64,000 nt of DNA, taken from Macrostomum hystrix. Lineage: Eukaryota; Animalia; Platyhelminthes. Positions 22,979 to 36,420 of this stretch are shown in pieces (position 1 is the stretch's first letter; the number at the start of each line of letters is the position of its first letter). The stretch covers positions 14,880,001 through 14,944,000 of the forward strand of contig CATNEN010000038.1 of the NCBI GenBank assembly GCA_950097015.1, written 5' to 3'. The notes under the pieces were generated by a model. That model was not told the DNA's origin and did no database searches. It saw nothing but the letters and a program-made list of their open reading frames with translations. Both the position numbers and the translations under genes were made by a program.

Positions 22979-25900
22979 TCACCCAGAAGCCTTCAGCCCC
23001 GCCAGCTCCTGTTTCAGCACTTCAACCCGGCGAGTCAGCTCCTCCATTCTTCTGGCGAGCTCTCGACTCCGAGTGTCCGTTGGCAGCTCCCGCTTCACGC
23101 ATCGGCTGCCCTGACTTTCGACGCAATTCGTTGACTTGTCAACAGCTGAACAGTCCTTCCAGAAGTTCAGATTCAAGCCGCCAGCCAGCTCCGTGCAAGC
23201 AACGCGACGATTCTCCCCCGAATTCGGCAGCCGAAACACGTCCGGCTGCAGCTCCGTGATGTTGTCGGCGTTGTCGCAGATAATCCTCGCCAAGGTGACT
23301 CGCCTGATCTGTGCTAGCTGGACGCTGCTGAACTGGTCCGGGTTCTCGTACCAGAACCTGTCACCGTCGCGAAGCCGCCTCATCTGGTCCACCAGCAGGC
23401 ACTGGGCAGTCGGGCCCACCAGAGCTCCGTCGGCGACATCCTCGGCGACTAAGCCGGCGAACAAGTCGACATTGTCCGGGTGGCCGTACACGAGGCGCAT
23501 TCGCTCTCTGAGCTGGGGATCGCGAATCGACCTGTTGGAAAAAAAATTAATAATTTAATAATAGTACGTGCAAGGCATATTAGCGTGCGGTATGAGGGCA
23601 TTAAGTGTGTGGTTGTTAGGGTACGTGGGCATGTGGTTTGTGTGCGTGGGATGTGCAATTACGTGGGCATGGTATGTGTGGGCGAGGCTGTGCTGGCTGT
23701 GCTGTTTGCGCGTGGGATGTGTGGGCATGGAGTGTGTGGGCGTGGGACTTTTATGCATGGATTGTTTGAGCGTGGGACGTGTGGGTGTGGGATGTATGGG
23801 CGTGGGATGTGGGGTGTGGGATGTGTCGGCGTGGAATGTGCGGGTGTGGGATGTGTGGGCGTTTGGTGTGTGGGTGTGGAATGAGTGGGTGTGGAATGTG
23901 TGGGTGTGTGATGTGTGGGTGTGGGATGTTGGGTGTGGGATGTGTTGGTGTGGTATGAGTGGGTGTGGAATGTGTGGGTGTGGGATGTGTGGGTCTGGAA
24001 TGTGTGGGTGTGTGATGTGTGGGTGTGGGATGTGTTGGTGTGGAATGTGTGGGTGTGTGATGTGTGGGTGTGGGATGTGTTGGTGTGGAATGTGTTGGTG
24101 TGGAATGAGTGGGTGTGGAATGTGTGGGTGTGTGATATGAGGGTGTGGGATGTTTGGGCGTGGGGTGGTTGGCTCTCGCTCTCGTTCTGTGAGCTCGTAT
24201 CCTCAGCGGGACCATATTTATTTTCGGTTAAGGTGGCTATACAAGCAATTTACATCCTTAAGGGCCCACCCCCGAGGCGTTATTAAGTGCAAGATTGTGA
24301 TCAAGCACCTGTGTGGTTGTGAGCCTATGTAACATATCTGAGTGCGTGTGTGCTTAGGAGTCAGCGAAATTGCCACAATTGCCTCCTCGCTGGCCGCGGC
24401 TGCCCCTGTCATCTCATTGTCTATAATTTCATCATCGAATCATGCCTGACGCACCATCGCATATCTTCGAAGCTCTCCGCTCGGATCCGGCCGCAGAACA
24501 CTCGCCAGGCGTTGTAGCCAGGCAGGCCGTGGTCTCTGCCGCGCTGGATGTTCAAAGCGGCAAGGTCCAAGGCCACTTCGTGAGCCAGTTGGAACAGGCG
24601 CTCAGTCAGCTCCGTGTTCATCGGCTGGGTTGGTTTTACCTGGAAATCAATTGATTTGAGTTATTGAGCTTTTCCCTACACCAAATTTCCCCTACATGCG
24701 ATTTCCCCAAGATGGGATTTTTCCTAAATTAGATTTTTCCCTAACTGAGATTTCCCTACCTGAGTTTTCTCCCTAACTGAGATTTCCACTACCTGAGATT
24801 TCAACTACCTGAGATTTCCACTACCAGAGATTTCTCTAACCTGAGATTTCCACTACCTGAGATTTCTCCCTACCTGAGATTTCTCCCTACCTGATATTTC
24901 AACTACCTGAGATTTCTCCCTACCTGATATTTCAACTACCTGAGATTTCCACTACCTGAGATTTCAACTACCTGAGATTTCCACTACCTGAGATTTCCAC
25001 TACCTGGGATTTCCCCTACCTGAGATTTCCCTAACTTGAGATTTCCCTAACCTTAGAATTCCCCAACCTGAGATTTCCCTAGCCTGAGAATTCCCAAACC
25101 TGAGATTTCCCTAACCTGAGAATTCCCTAACCTGAGATTTCCGTATCTAAGATTTTCCCTACCTGAGATTTCTCCCTACCTGAGATTTCTCCCTACCTGA
25201 GATTTCTCCCTACCTGATATTTCAACTAACTGAGATTTCCACTACCTGAGATTTCCACTACCTGGGATTTTCCCTACCTCAGATTTCCCTAACGCGAGAT
25301 TTCCCTAACCTTAGAATTCCCCAACCTGAGATTTCCCTAACCTGAGAATTCCCTAATCTGAGATTTCCCTAACCTGAGATCTCTCTAACCTAAGATTTCT
25401 GTATTTAAGATTTTCCCTACCTGAGATTTCCTAAACTCAAGAATTCCCTAACCTTAGATTTCCCTAACCTGAGAATTTCCCAACCTGAGATTTCCCTATC
25501 TGAGATTTCCCTAACCTGAGAATTCCCTAATCTGAGAATTCCCTAACCTGAGATTTTCCTATCTGAGATTTCCCTAACCTGAGATTTCTCTAACCTAAGA
25601 TTTCTGTATTTAAGATTTTCCCTACCTGAGATTTCCTAAACTCAAGAATTCCCTAACCTTAGATTTCCCTAACCTGAGAATTTCCTAACCTGAGATTTCC
25701 CTATCTGAGATTTCCCTAACCTGAGATTTCCCTAACCTGAGAATTTCCTAACCTGAGATTTCCCTAACCTGAGATTTCTCTAACCTGAGATCTCTCTAAC
25801 CTAAGATTTCTGTATTTAAGATTTTCCCTACCTGAGATTTCCTAAACTCAAGAATTCCCTAACCTTAGATTTCCCAAACCTGAGAATTTCCTAACCTGAG

Positions 25901-28900
25901 ATTTCCCTATCTGAGATTTCCCTAACCTGAGATTTCCCTAAAATCAGACTTCCTGCGATCTGATCACCTACATGCCACTTTATAAATCCTAATTTTGCAT
26001 CAATCCTGACCTGCTTGGCTCCGCGGCCCGCCAGTCCACGCAGGATGGGATCAATGCCGCCTTCGCTGACCAGTCGATGAGGAGCGAAGAAGGCCTGATG
26101 GAGCCGCAGACTCCCCTCGGGAATTTCTTCGTAGCTGGAGTTCAACCGGTGCAGCACCGGGTTGATCAGCGTGTGCCCGAATCGCATCGCCGCTGTGGCA
26201 AACACGTTGGCGATGGAGGCGTCAACAGACAGGTCGTAGCCCCGGTACCTGCCCAGCTGACGCATCCCGGATGGTCCTAGGACCAGCGGCAGCCAGTGGC
26301 TGAAGGTCAGGTGCATGTGCAGTGCGCCGACAATCTTGCGGGCCTCGAAGAACAGCCGATCGCCCGACCAATCCGGATTTACATTGCGCAGTCCGGCTGC
26401 CATGCGGTTGTGCTCCCGCATCCACAGGGTGTGCAGCGCCGTCAGTCCGAGCTGCTCGTTGGCTCGATGATCGCCAGCCAGGAAGCAGGGGATGTGGCGC
26501 TTCCGCGGATCGATCTGGCAGTCCACCGGCTGGCTGGTGCTGAACGGCAGCAGGCGCCGATTGGGCACGCTGGTGGGCATACCCTCGCGCAGGAAGCCCC
26601 GGTCGGAGTTCAGCTCGCGAACGTCGCGTGCCTCGCTCTCCGTGCTACCATAGACGTTGGACGCGTCGATGTAGGCTGTGATCTGGTTGAGCTGCTCGCG
26701 GAAGTACGGCCGGCTGCCGACAAACAGGCTGGAGGCGCCGGAGCCGCAGGTGGCGCTGGACCGGACGAAGCCGATGCACGGTCGGTGCCGAATGCGACTG
26801 TCGTCCGGGTAGACAGGTATGGGAAAGCAGGGCGCCTCATTTGTGCAGGTGTCGTTGCACCGACGCCCGTCAAGAAACGTGGAATCGGCTGGGTCCACCG
26901 GCGTAAAGTCCAGATCGTGGTCGAGAAACTGGCCCCACTGCATCACCATGGATGACACCCGCGGATCTACCGACGGCTCGACGGCGCGCAGCAGGCGCTG
27001 GCTCACCAGACGGGCACTCGGCTTTGGAAAGCCACCGTAGGTACGATTGAGCTGCCAGCCCACCGGGTCGTCCATGCCGTTTTCGTAGACCGGCGCCAGG
27101 AGGCGTTTCAACGGCGTGTTGGACGCTCCGTACCACGGATGATCCAGATTGTTGCAGGTGCCGTCGAAACTGCGATAGCGCAGGTGGAAGCACATGCGAG
27201 TGGCGCACTGGCAGCCCGTCAGCTGGGCGATTAGGGCCAACAGCTGCGGGTCGAGCTCGTAGTTGGGAAACTCGGTTGAGTTGGTGCCAGTCATGGGGAT
27301 CTTGCCCGCTCTAATGAGGCCGGCGATCTCGCGATAGGCCGTCTCGTAGATTTCCCTAGACTTGGTCAGCTCGATCGCGGTCTCCTTCGGCAGGCGAAAC
27401 AGTGTCAGAATGTCGCTTGGCGACTTTCGATTCACCGGATCCTTCAGTTTGCCCAGCGTTCGCTCGATGGCTCGATCAACTTTCTCTCGAGCTCGCTCGA
27501 TTGCGGAGCGAACCAAACTGTCCAAACTGGTCGCTGGAGCAGCTGTGGTTGGCGATTTCTGACTGCTTGCCGTCAGATTCGCCTCCAGGAACAGTTGGAA
27601 TTCGGCCTCGATGTGTCCGTTAGCGCTGTCCGCCAAGCAGAGGTAGACTAATTCGCAATCTACCGATGTGACGTTCCGAACTATCAACAAGTTCGGCAGT
27701 ACTATGTACTTCTCGGAGTTTTCCAACGGCAAGGTTTGGGAGCCGTTCCGCTTGGCCCACCGGATTAGAGGCTCTGACTGGCTGTCGACTGCCTGGCAGT
27801 TGATGACCGCGTCGGACCCGGCTGGGACGGTTCGGTTTGAGGGCGCTTCGCTGAGCCGAAGCGGCACCGCGCTGGTCGGCTGACGAAGACGAATGTTGGC
27901 CCTGTGGATTTTCTCGCAGTCCCGAACATCCGTGACTCTATCGGCGCAGGTCCGGTTCGTGACGACGCACTCGTAGTCGCCAGAATCATCGGCGCGGAAG
28001 CCCAAAATTAGCAACAGTTGGCCATTGTCCTGCAGGAGCTGGCGACTGTTCGCTGGTATTTCTCTGCGGAGTAGGTAGGTACGTACGTCACAGTCTATTG
28101 GGGTCGAGTCGTTCTATTTGTATCTGAAAATTATTTATTTATCGAATTATCGCCCCGGCAAGCAGTGCGCGATGCCGCTGCCTTCATAATTCAAAAGCAT
28201 AAACTTGATTAGCTAAGTCCTCGGCTGAGAGTAAAGTTATTGCGATAGATGTTGCTATTCGTTCTCGAAATGTGTATATAGTGCTGGGCATCATTAGAGG
28301 TGGAAAGAAGATAATCTCATTTTGTCTACAGTAGACTATAAAGTTGCTTCAGCGTTTGTAGTACACACGTGTACTGCAAACTGCGGGTATAGTAAGAAAT
28401 GACGGAAGGGCACAGAAAGACAACTAATCTAGCTTACTGAGTTCAAGGGCTTTTAATTAGCAACTCCAGAGGTACTGAAGTGTATCAAATTAGCTCTCAA
28501 CTCTAAAACATGCTTGTTTCAGAATTCCTCTCTGCAGTCTTCGGAAGTAGGTACACTTAGGCCTGTGAGCACATCAAACCTGACTTACTATAGTTGCCAG
28601 ACAATGTACATCATCAATTTTGGCCCCCAATGCGATCTCTCTAAGGATTCGAGCTAATGAACCCATAGATGCAAGTATGATTTCACGCAAGAATCATTGT
28701 TTCGAACCACTCACGACCCATTGTGTCGCCATCGAATGTCGAACTCCGATGCGTTCACGGCACTGCAGTTGAGACCAACCAGACTGCCGTCTCGATGACT
28801 CCCTGACTGCGGCACCGAGACCATCTGAAATGGACTGTCTTCTCCGCCAGCACTAGCCACATGTTCAGCGATGGCTGCATTTCCACTAATTACCAGTGCA

Positions 28901-29040
28901 AGCCACAGTACCAGCGACAACAGAAGTGTTTTGACAACGCTGGTAATGCTACAGTGTACCGCAGTTGCAGTGCCAGCCATGGCTGATTGGAAACACTTGA
29001 CCGTTGCTTTGGAAAGCTTCTTACCAACTTGACCCGCCAT
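22979..29040 (-). CDS. PXDN: peroxidasin-like secreted heme peroxidase (signal peptide, 2 Ig domains, animal heme peroxidase domain, C-terminal coiled coil), ~1038 aa
   Basis: Exons 29040-28715, 28063-26011, 24639-24455, 23531-22979, all GT-AG with consistent phases (3117 nt). Motifs: DSGDYEC (Ig), [79 protein letters not shown]. Confidence 0.92.
23600..24165. repeat. GT-rich 15-bp repeat (TGTGGGTGTGGGATG)
   Basis: Imperfect tandem copies in peroxidasin intron 3. Confidence 0.9.
24670..25940. repeat. 16-18-bp minisatellite (CCTGAGATTTCCCTAA-like) with higher-order blocks
   Basis: Fills nearly all of peroxidasin intron 24640-26010. Confidence 0.95.
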
Positions 29041-29292
29041 TCGAAATTCGAAATTCTGTTCTTATCTCCTCCGCTAATTAACTTGGCGAAACTGTAAACA
29101 CAGATTTATCATTTAGCCAATGAATATGGCTGCGATGCTTAGGTCAGACGTGACACAAGCGCCCTCGGCACAAACCCGCTATAATGGTCAATAAAATTGC
29201 TTATATCTTTCATTGCTTGCATAATCTTTCGTCTGTTTAATTTTTGTAGTCTCCTTAGCCAGTCTAGTAGACTGTAGATTTTCGGCCTTTAT

Positions 29293-29698
29293 GTGAGACA
29301 TGGGAGAGATAAGACACGAGAGAGATGAGACATAGGAGAGATGAGACATAGGAGAGATAAGACACGAGAGAGATGAGACATAGGAGAGATAAGACATAGG
29401 AGAGATGAGACACGAGAGAGATGAGACATGGGAGAGATGAGACACGAGAGAGATGAGACATGGGAGAGATGAGACATAGGAGAGATAAGACACGAGAGAG
29501 ATGAGACATAGGAGAGATGAGACATAGGAGAGATAAGACACGAGAGAGATGAGACATAGGAGAGATAAGACATAGGAGAGATGAGACACGAGAGAGATGA
29601 GACATAGGAGAGATGAGACACGAGAGAGATGAGACATGGGAGAGATGAGACACGGGAGAGATTAGTCATGGGAGAGATGAGACACGTGAGAGATGAGA
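29293..29698 (-). repeat. 16-bp TCTCATCTCTCC-family satellite
   Basis: GAGATGAGACATAGGA / GAGATGAGACACGAGA copies on +. Confidence 0.93.
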
Positions 29699-30169
29699 TG
29701 GGTTGAAATTATACGGCGAGAGATTATATAGAAATATTTTTTAGAAAAGTTTTTTTTCTTGTTTTCTGCCAGAAACGTATTTAATTTTTTATTGCATATC
29801 TTTAATATTCCTAATATCCGCATTGGTTGTTCTCCCGTAGTAAATAAAGTTTCACTTGAAGCAAATTTTGAAGCATTTTCAGCAATTTAATTTCTTTGAG
29901 TTTGTATCATTTTTATTTCCATTAAAAACAACTAACTGGTTATAACATGCAGACACGCAAGATCCTGTTGAAATGAAAAAAAGTTTTAAAGCTTCTAAAG
30001 CAGAGTACTGTACACTAAGATGACATTTTTATGCATGAAAAAGACTTCCGGAAAACAGCCTTAACGGAGGGAGATTTTCTGCGTCTTTTCTTTTCTTCCA
30101 TCGCGTGTCCCAACTATAGCTATACTGGCCCTCTTAAAAAACATCGCACATAGCAATGCTTCAACCACA

Positions 30170-31493
30170 CTCCACTACCCCGGTGAAAGACCATACTATT
30201 CCACTACCCCGGGGAAAGACCATACTATTCCACTACCCCGGGGAAAGACCATACTATTCCACTACCCCGGTGAAAGACCATACTATTCCACTACCCCGGG
30301 GAAAGACCATACTATTCCACTACCCCGGGGAAAGACCACACTATTCCACTACCCCGGGGAAAGACCACACTATTCCACTACCCCGGAGAAAGACCACACT
30401 ATTCCACTACCCCGGGAAAAGACCACACTATTCCACTACCCCGGGGAAAGACCACACTATTCCACTACCCCGGGGAAAGACCACACTATTCCACTACCCC
30501 GGGGAAAGACCACACTATTCCACTAACCCGGGGAAAGACCACACTATTCCACTAACCCGGGGAAAGACCACACTATTCCACTACCCCGGGGAAAGACCAC
30601 ACTATTCCACTAACCCGGGGAAAGACCATACTATTCCACTACCCCGGGGAAAGACCACACTATTCCACTACCCCGGGGAAAGACCACACTATTCCACTAC
30701 CCCGGGGAAAGACCACACTATTCCACTACCCCGGGGAAAGACCACACTATTCCACTACCCCGGGGAAAGACCACACTATTCCACTACCCCGGGGAAAGAC
30801 CACACTATTCCACTACCCCGGGGAAAGACCACACTATTCCACTACCCCGGGGAAAGACCACACTATTCCACTACCCCAGAGAAAGACCATACTATTCCAC
30901 TACCCCGGGGAAAGACCACACTATTCCACTACCCCGGGGAAAGACCACACTATTCCACTAACCCGGGGAAAGACCACACTATTCCACTAACCCGGGGAAA
31001 GACCACACTATTCCACTACCCCGGGGAAAGACCACACTATTCCACTACCCCAGAGAAAGACCATACTATTCCACTACCCCGGGGAAAGACCACACTATTC
31101 CACTACCCCGGGGAAAGACCACACTATTCCACTACCCCGGGGAAAGACCACACTATTCCACTACCCCGGGGAAAGACCACACTATTCCACTACCCCGGGG
31201 AAAGACCACACTATTCCACTACCCCGGGGAAAGACCACACTATTCCACTACCCCGGGGAAAGACCAAACTATTCCACTAACCCGGGGAAATACCACACTA
31301 TTCCACTAACCCGGGGAAAGACCACACTATTCCACTACCCCGGGGAAAGACCACACTATTCCACTAACCCGGGGAAAGACCACACTATTCCACTACCCCG
31401 GGGAAAGACCACACTATTCCACTGCCCCGGAGAAAGACCACACTATTCCACTACCCCGGGGAAAGACCACACTATTCCACTAACCCGGGGAAA
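30170..31493. repeat. 29-bp minisatellite CCACTACCCCGGGGAAAGACCACACTATT, ~45 copies
   Basis: 29-nt period; the 374-aa ORF here is a repeat artefact. Confidence 0.97.
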
Positions 31494-32321
31494 GGCATTT
31501 GAAATGCCCCCGTAATCTTTCAACTGTTAAAAATGTCAAGAGCTTAGCAAGGACGAACGATGGCCTACACAAGACCAGTCCCTGTCCTATATCCCGCCCA
31601 AATTTGAGCTTTTTGTTGCTATGTCATGGCGCAAATCTCTTAATACCTTTCATTATAAAATGTACGGTGAGGTTAATCGGCTAGCTAAGTATTACTATAG
31701 CCTACAAAAGTCAAGTAAGTGTGTGGGTTGCTGTCAAGAGGTGGCTTTTTATAATAATTCCTTTGAAGAAAATAGTTTCCCACATCCCAAGCACAAGCTC
31801 AGCGACCTGAAATAACATTCACTATTATTATTATTATAATCCTCTTTAGCGAAGAAAGAGGATGTGCATGCTTATAATAGTGAAATCCCAAAACTGCTAT
31901 AGTCCCTCTCGCGAGTAGGGTCCTCTCTCTCTTCAATTTTATCTATAGGCTATAGCTCTTCTCATCGCCTAACCGATAGCTGTCTGAGAACATTCGACTG
32001 CAGCCAGTTGAAACCGGTTTCTCATGGCTGGAAAAAATGCCGCTGCATATTATTGAGAAAATCGACGACCACGCCATCTTCAAAGGGGACGATAAATAGA
32101 GGGATAAAAATGTATTTATGGATGCTGACATTCAAAGCTTTCGTAGTCTCGTATATGCTCTTATTTCTTATTTCACGTATACCATAAAGTATCTAATTTA
32201 CAAGACATCAATCACCAGAAGAATGATGAGCAGAAGATACGAGCGTACAGGCAAACAGACGATGGGGAAACTAAGAATTCGGATTTTTATTAACATTTAA
32301 AATTAAACATGAAGGATTCAA

Positions 32322-33015
32322 TCAAGATTGGAAACCAAACCTGAAGGATACTGGAAAGATTGGAAACCAAACCGGAAGGATACTGGAAAGATTGGAAACC
32401 AAACCTGAAGGATACTGGAAAGATTGGAAACCAATCCTGAAGGATACTGGAAAGATTGGAAACCAAACCTGAAGGATACTGGAAAGATTGGAAACCAAAC
32501 CTGAAGGATACTGGAAAGATTGGAAACCAATCCTGAAGGATAATGAAAAGATTAGAAACCAAACCTGAAGGATACTGTAAAGATTGGAAACCGAACCTGA
32601 GGATTCTATAAAGATTGGAAAAAAAACATGAGGATTCTATAAAGATTGGAAATCAAACCCGAGGATTCTATAAAGATTGGAAACCAAGCCTGAAGGATAC
32701 TGGAAAGATTGGAAACCAAACCTGAAGGATACTGGAAAGATTGGAAACCAATCCTGAAGGATACTGGAAAGATTGGAAACCAATCCTGAAGGATACTGGA
32801 AAGATTGGAAAACAAAACTTAAAGGATACTGGAAAGATTGGAAACCAAACCTGAAGGATACTGGAAAGATTGGAAACCAAACCTGAAGGATACTGGAAAG
32901 ATTGGAAACCAAACCTGAAGGATACTGGAAAGATTGGAAACCAAACCAGTAGGATTCTAGAAAGATTGGAAACCAAACAGAAAATGATTCTATAAAGATT
33001 GGAAACCAAACACGA
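32322..33015. repeat. 32-bp minisatellite AAGATTGGAAACCAAACCTGAAGGATACTGGA
   Basis: 32-nt period seen directly. Confidence 0.95.
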
Positions 33016-33877
33016 AGATTTTATTATAATTTAAAGCAGTTTCGAAATACTATTAAAGTTTAGCGTAAATTTTTATTTAGAATGTTTTTATTTTTGTAGC
33101 CAGCAATCTATGAAAAGTCTTATCAGTATAGTTGTTTTTTTCCTTCACTATTAGCTAAGAGTACTTTTGAAACCCTTTCCCCATTCTAAATTTCCTGGCT
33201 GCGATTTCCTACGCCACAGCAGCAGTTTATCACCCCTTCCTTTCCACTGTTAACCAGCGCTTACCCAAAAGTCACGTGCTGACCGCGTGCTAAATCTATT
33301 TAAAGCGTCGGTCTTGTACGTAATCGATTTTTTTCACGCAATTGTAGAGAACCGCAACAGTTAAATCAAAATTTATTATCGACAGACGATTCAGCTACTC
33401 ACAGTAGAATGTAGAACATTTTTGGAAACGAAAATTAATTTAACTGTGTAAGAAAATAAGTACGTCAAAATGATAGAATCATAGAATTTCAATCGATTAC
33501 TTGCAGCTTCTTGCTTTCATAAACTGCAGCGAAAACCCAATCCAATGATAAATTGTTTATTTTTAGCATTTAAACAAATAAAACTACCAAAACCTTTTTA
33601 AGTTCTAATCAATCATTGTTTATAATGAAGTTTGAATTTGAAAATACAACTATATAATATTAGGGCAAACGGTTTAAGAAGTGAACTGGGAAATAAAAAA
33701 TGCATTGTTTATTTCGCACCTGCATTATAATTATTAGGTAAATAAATGACTGCAAAATAGTAGAAAAATAGCCCTATTTTAAATGCCAGAATTTTTTTGG
33801 GATAATAAATCCATCGTTAAATATTTTCGAAGGTTTCTTAGAAACTTGATAAATCGGGGGACACAGGGAGCCACTGT

Positions 33878-36276
33878 TCATTGGATCAGGCGGTAGTGAT
33901 CATCGTCGGTACTGGTGTAGATGTGCCCCTCGTCGCCCAGACTGCCGAGTACGTCGCGCAGACGCTTCATCGGTACGCCGGGCAGTCTGTCCAGAATTCG
34001 CTGCACGTGAAGGCCCTCGTCGCAGTCGCCGTCGCGCAGGATGGCCAGAACCTGCTGTTCCAGCTTGTTCATGCCGGCAGCCGCGGGCGAGGCCAGGCCC
34101 GCCAGGCCGCCGCCTGGGCCAGACCTTTGGCCGCCGGCATCGGCGGATGACGTCAGCGACTGCTGCGGGTGGGGAGGTTGAGACGGAGGCTATTGAAGAA
34201 CACGATTGGGACATTTTAAGGATTACCAACAAAAATCTTAGATCTAATAAGATTTCTAATACGTTATTCTAATATATAGATCAATATCTAAGTGTGGTAG
34301 TCAATTAGTTAGAGAGTTGGACTCTAGACTTGTGCCTTTTAGCGAGAAACCTATACCTAAAAGCTAAATAGCTTTAGTTCACCTAGTTGTTAAAATATTA
34401 AATTAAAATTAATATTCCCTAAAATTCTCAGCCCAGATAAATAAATCTTACGCTAAATTAACAAATCACACCCTAGATTTACAAATCTCATGCTAGATCT
34501 AGCGAATATCATACTAGATCTAACAAATCTCATACTAGATCTAACTAATCTCACACTAGATCTAACAAATCTCATATTAGATCTAACAAATCTCATAGTA
34601 TATCTAACAAATATCACACTAGATCTACAACTATTCCATTATAGATTTACAAATCTTACACTAGACATCTACAAATCTCACTCTAGAGATCTACAAATCT
34701 CTCACTAGAGATCTAAAAATGTCACACTACAGATCTACAAATCACACACTTAAGATATAAAAATGTCACACTAGAGATCTAAAAATGTCACACTAGAGAT
34801 ATAAAAATGTCACACTAGAGATCTAAAAATGTCACACTAGAGATCTACAAATCACACACTAGAGATCTACAAATCTCACACTAGAGATCTAAAAATCTCA
34901 CACTAGAGATCTAAAAATCTCACACTAGAGATCTAAAAATCTCACACTAGAGATCTACAAATCACACACTAGAGATCTAAAAATGTCACACTAGAGATCT
35001 AAAAATCTCACACTAGAGATCTAAAAATCTCACACTAGACATCTACAAATCTCACACTAGAGATCTACAAATCACACACTAGAGATGTACAAATCACACA
35101 CTAGAGATCTACAAATCTCACACTAGAGATCTAGAAATCTCACACTAGAGATCTAAAAATCTCACACTAGAGATCTACAAATCTCACACTAGAGATCTAA
35201 AAATGTCACACTAGAGATCTAAAAATCTCCCACTAGAGATCTAAAAATCTCACACTAGACATCTACAAATCTCACACTAGAGATCTACAAATCTCACCCT
35301 ACAGATCTAAAAATCTCACACTAGAGATCTAAAAATCTCACACTAGACATCTACAAATCTCACACTAGAGATCTAAAAATCTCACACTAGATATCTAGAA
35401 ATCTCACACTAGAGATCTACAAATCACACACTTAAGATATAAAAATGTCACACTAGACATCTACAAATCTCACACTAGAGATCTAAAAATCTCACACTAG
35501 AGATCTAAAACTCTCACACTAGAGATCTAGAAATCTCACCCTACAGATCTAGAAATCTCACACTAGAGATCTAGAAATCTCACGCTAGAGATCTAAAAAT
35601 CTCACACTAGATCCAGAAATCTCACACTAGATCCAGAAATCTCACACTAGATCTCCAAATCTCGTCATAGTTCTAAAAACTTCTCTCCAAATCTCACCTG
35701 GCTGTTGCCGCCGCCGCCGCCGCCAACCAATCCCATCCTAGCTCGTACAACGTGCAGCAAATGAAAGCTCAGCTCGTTCATGTCGGTCAGTTTGGCCACT
35801 TTGAAAGCGGAGATGGCTCGAACGCCTTGCAGATTGCGCAACTGGCCGTAGATGCGAGCGTAGGCGCCCTCCTCCAGCGCCTCGGCGGCGTCATCGAAGC
35901 CGCCACCGCCGCCTCCTTCGGCGTCGTCGGCTTCGCTATCAACAAACTGTTTAACATCGATAGGGGCGCCAGTGTAGTCGTCTATCTGATAATCAATCCT
36001 GGTAGCGGTCCTATTCAGTTTGCGCACTATGCCAACAATGGTCACCTGGCCAATTGGGAGGCCAGTCGGACTAGTAAATTGGTCATCGGTTGCCACAGCG
36101 GCTAGCAGCTCCGCGCAGGTGCACGGCGTCACGCTGTTGATACGATTGGGGCCTCCCCGACCGCCGCCGCCGCCACGCCCGCCAGCGGGACCCGGGGAGT
36201 TCATGAAGCCGCCGCCGCCACCCATTGCGCCTTCCGACTCGCCCATGCCGCCTCCGTATTGGCTTGAGTTCCACAT
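33878..36276 (-). CDS. RPA2: replication protein A 32-kDa subunit, 2 exons, ~287 aa
   Basis: Exons 36276-35698 and 34162-33878. MWNSSQYGGG..GGGFMNSP N-terminus; OB fold QVTIVGIVR..YQIDDYTG..ARIYGQLR..MNELSFHLL; winged-helix EGHIYTSTDDDHY. Confidence 0.95.
34445..35662. repeat. 22-bp (20-bp at edges) minisatellite CTAGAGATCTAAAAATCTCACA
   Basis: Tandem copies in the RPA2 intron. Confidence 0.95.
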
Positions 36277-36420
36277 GTTAGCTCTGGTTTCAGTTCGGCT
36301 CAAACTATTTTGCTGCAAACTTTTTTTACAATGTTGGAGTGGAACTAATGATAGCGGCAATCTAAAATTAGCTAATCTCCCCATTATCACATTCCCAAAA
36401 GAGCAAATATCATAAATATA

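Noticed and set aside
31940-32100. Exon-like GC-richer patch (LSENIRLQPVETGFSWLEKMPLHIIEKIDDH)
   Set aside because: Short, with no recognisable family and no consistent splice partners.
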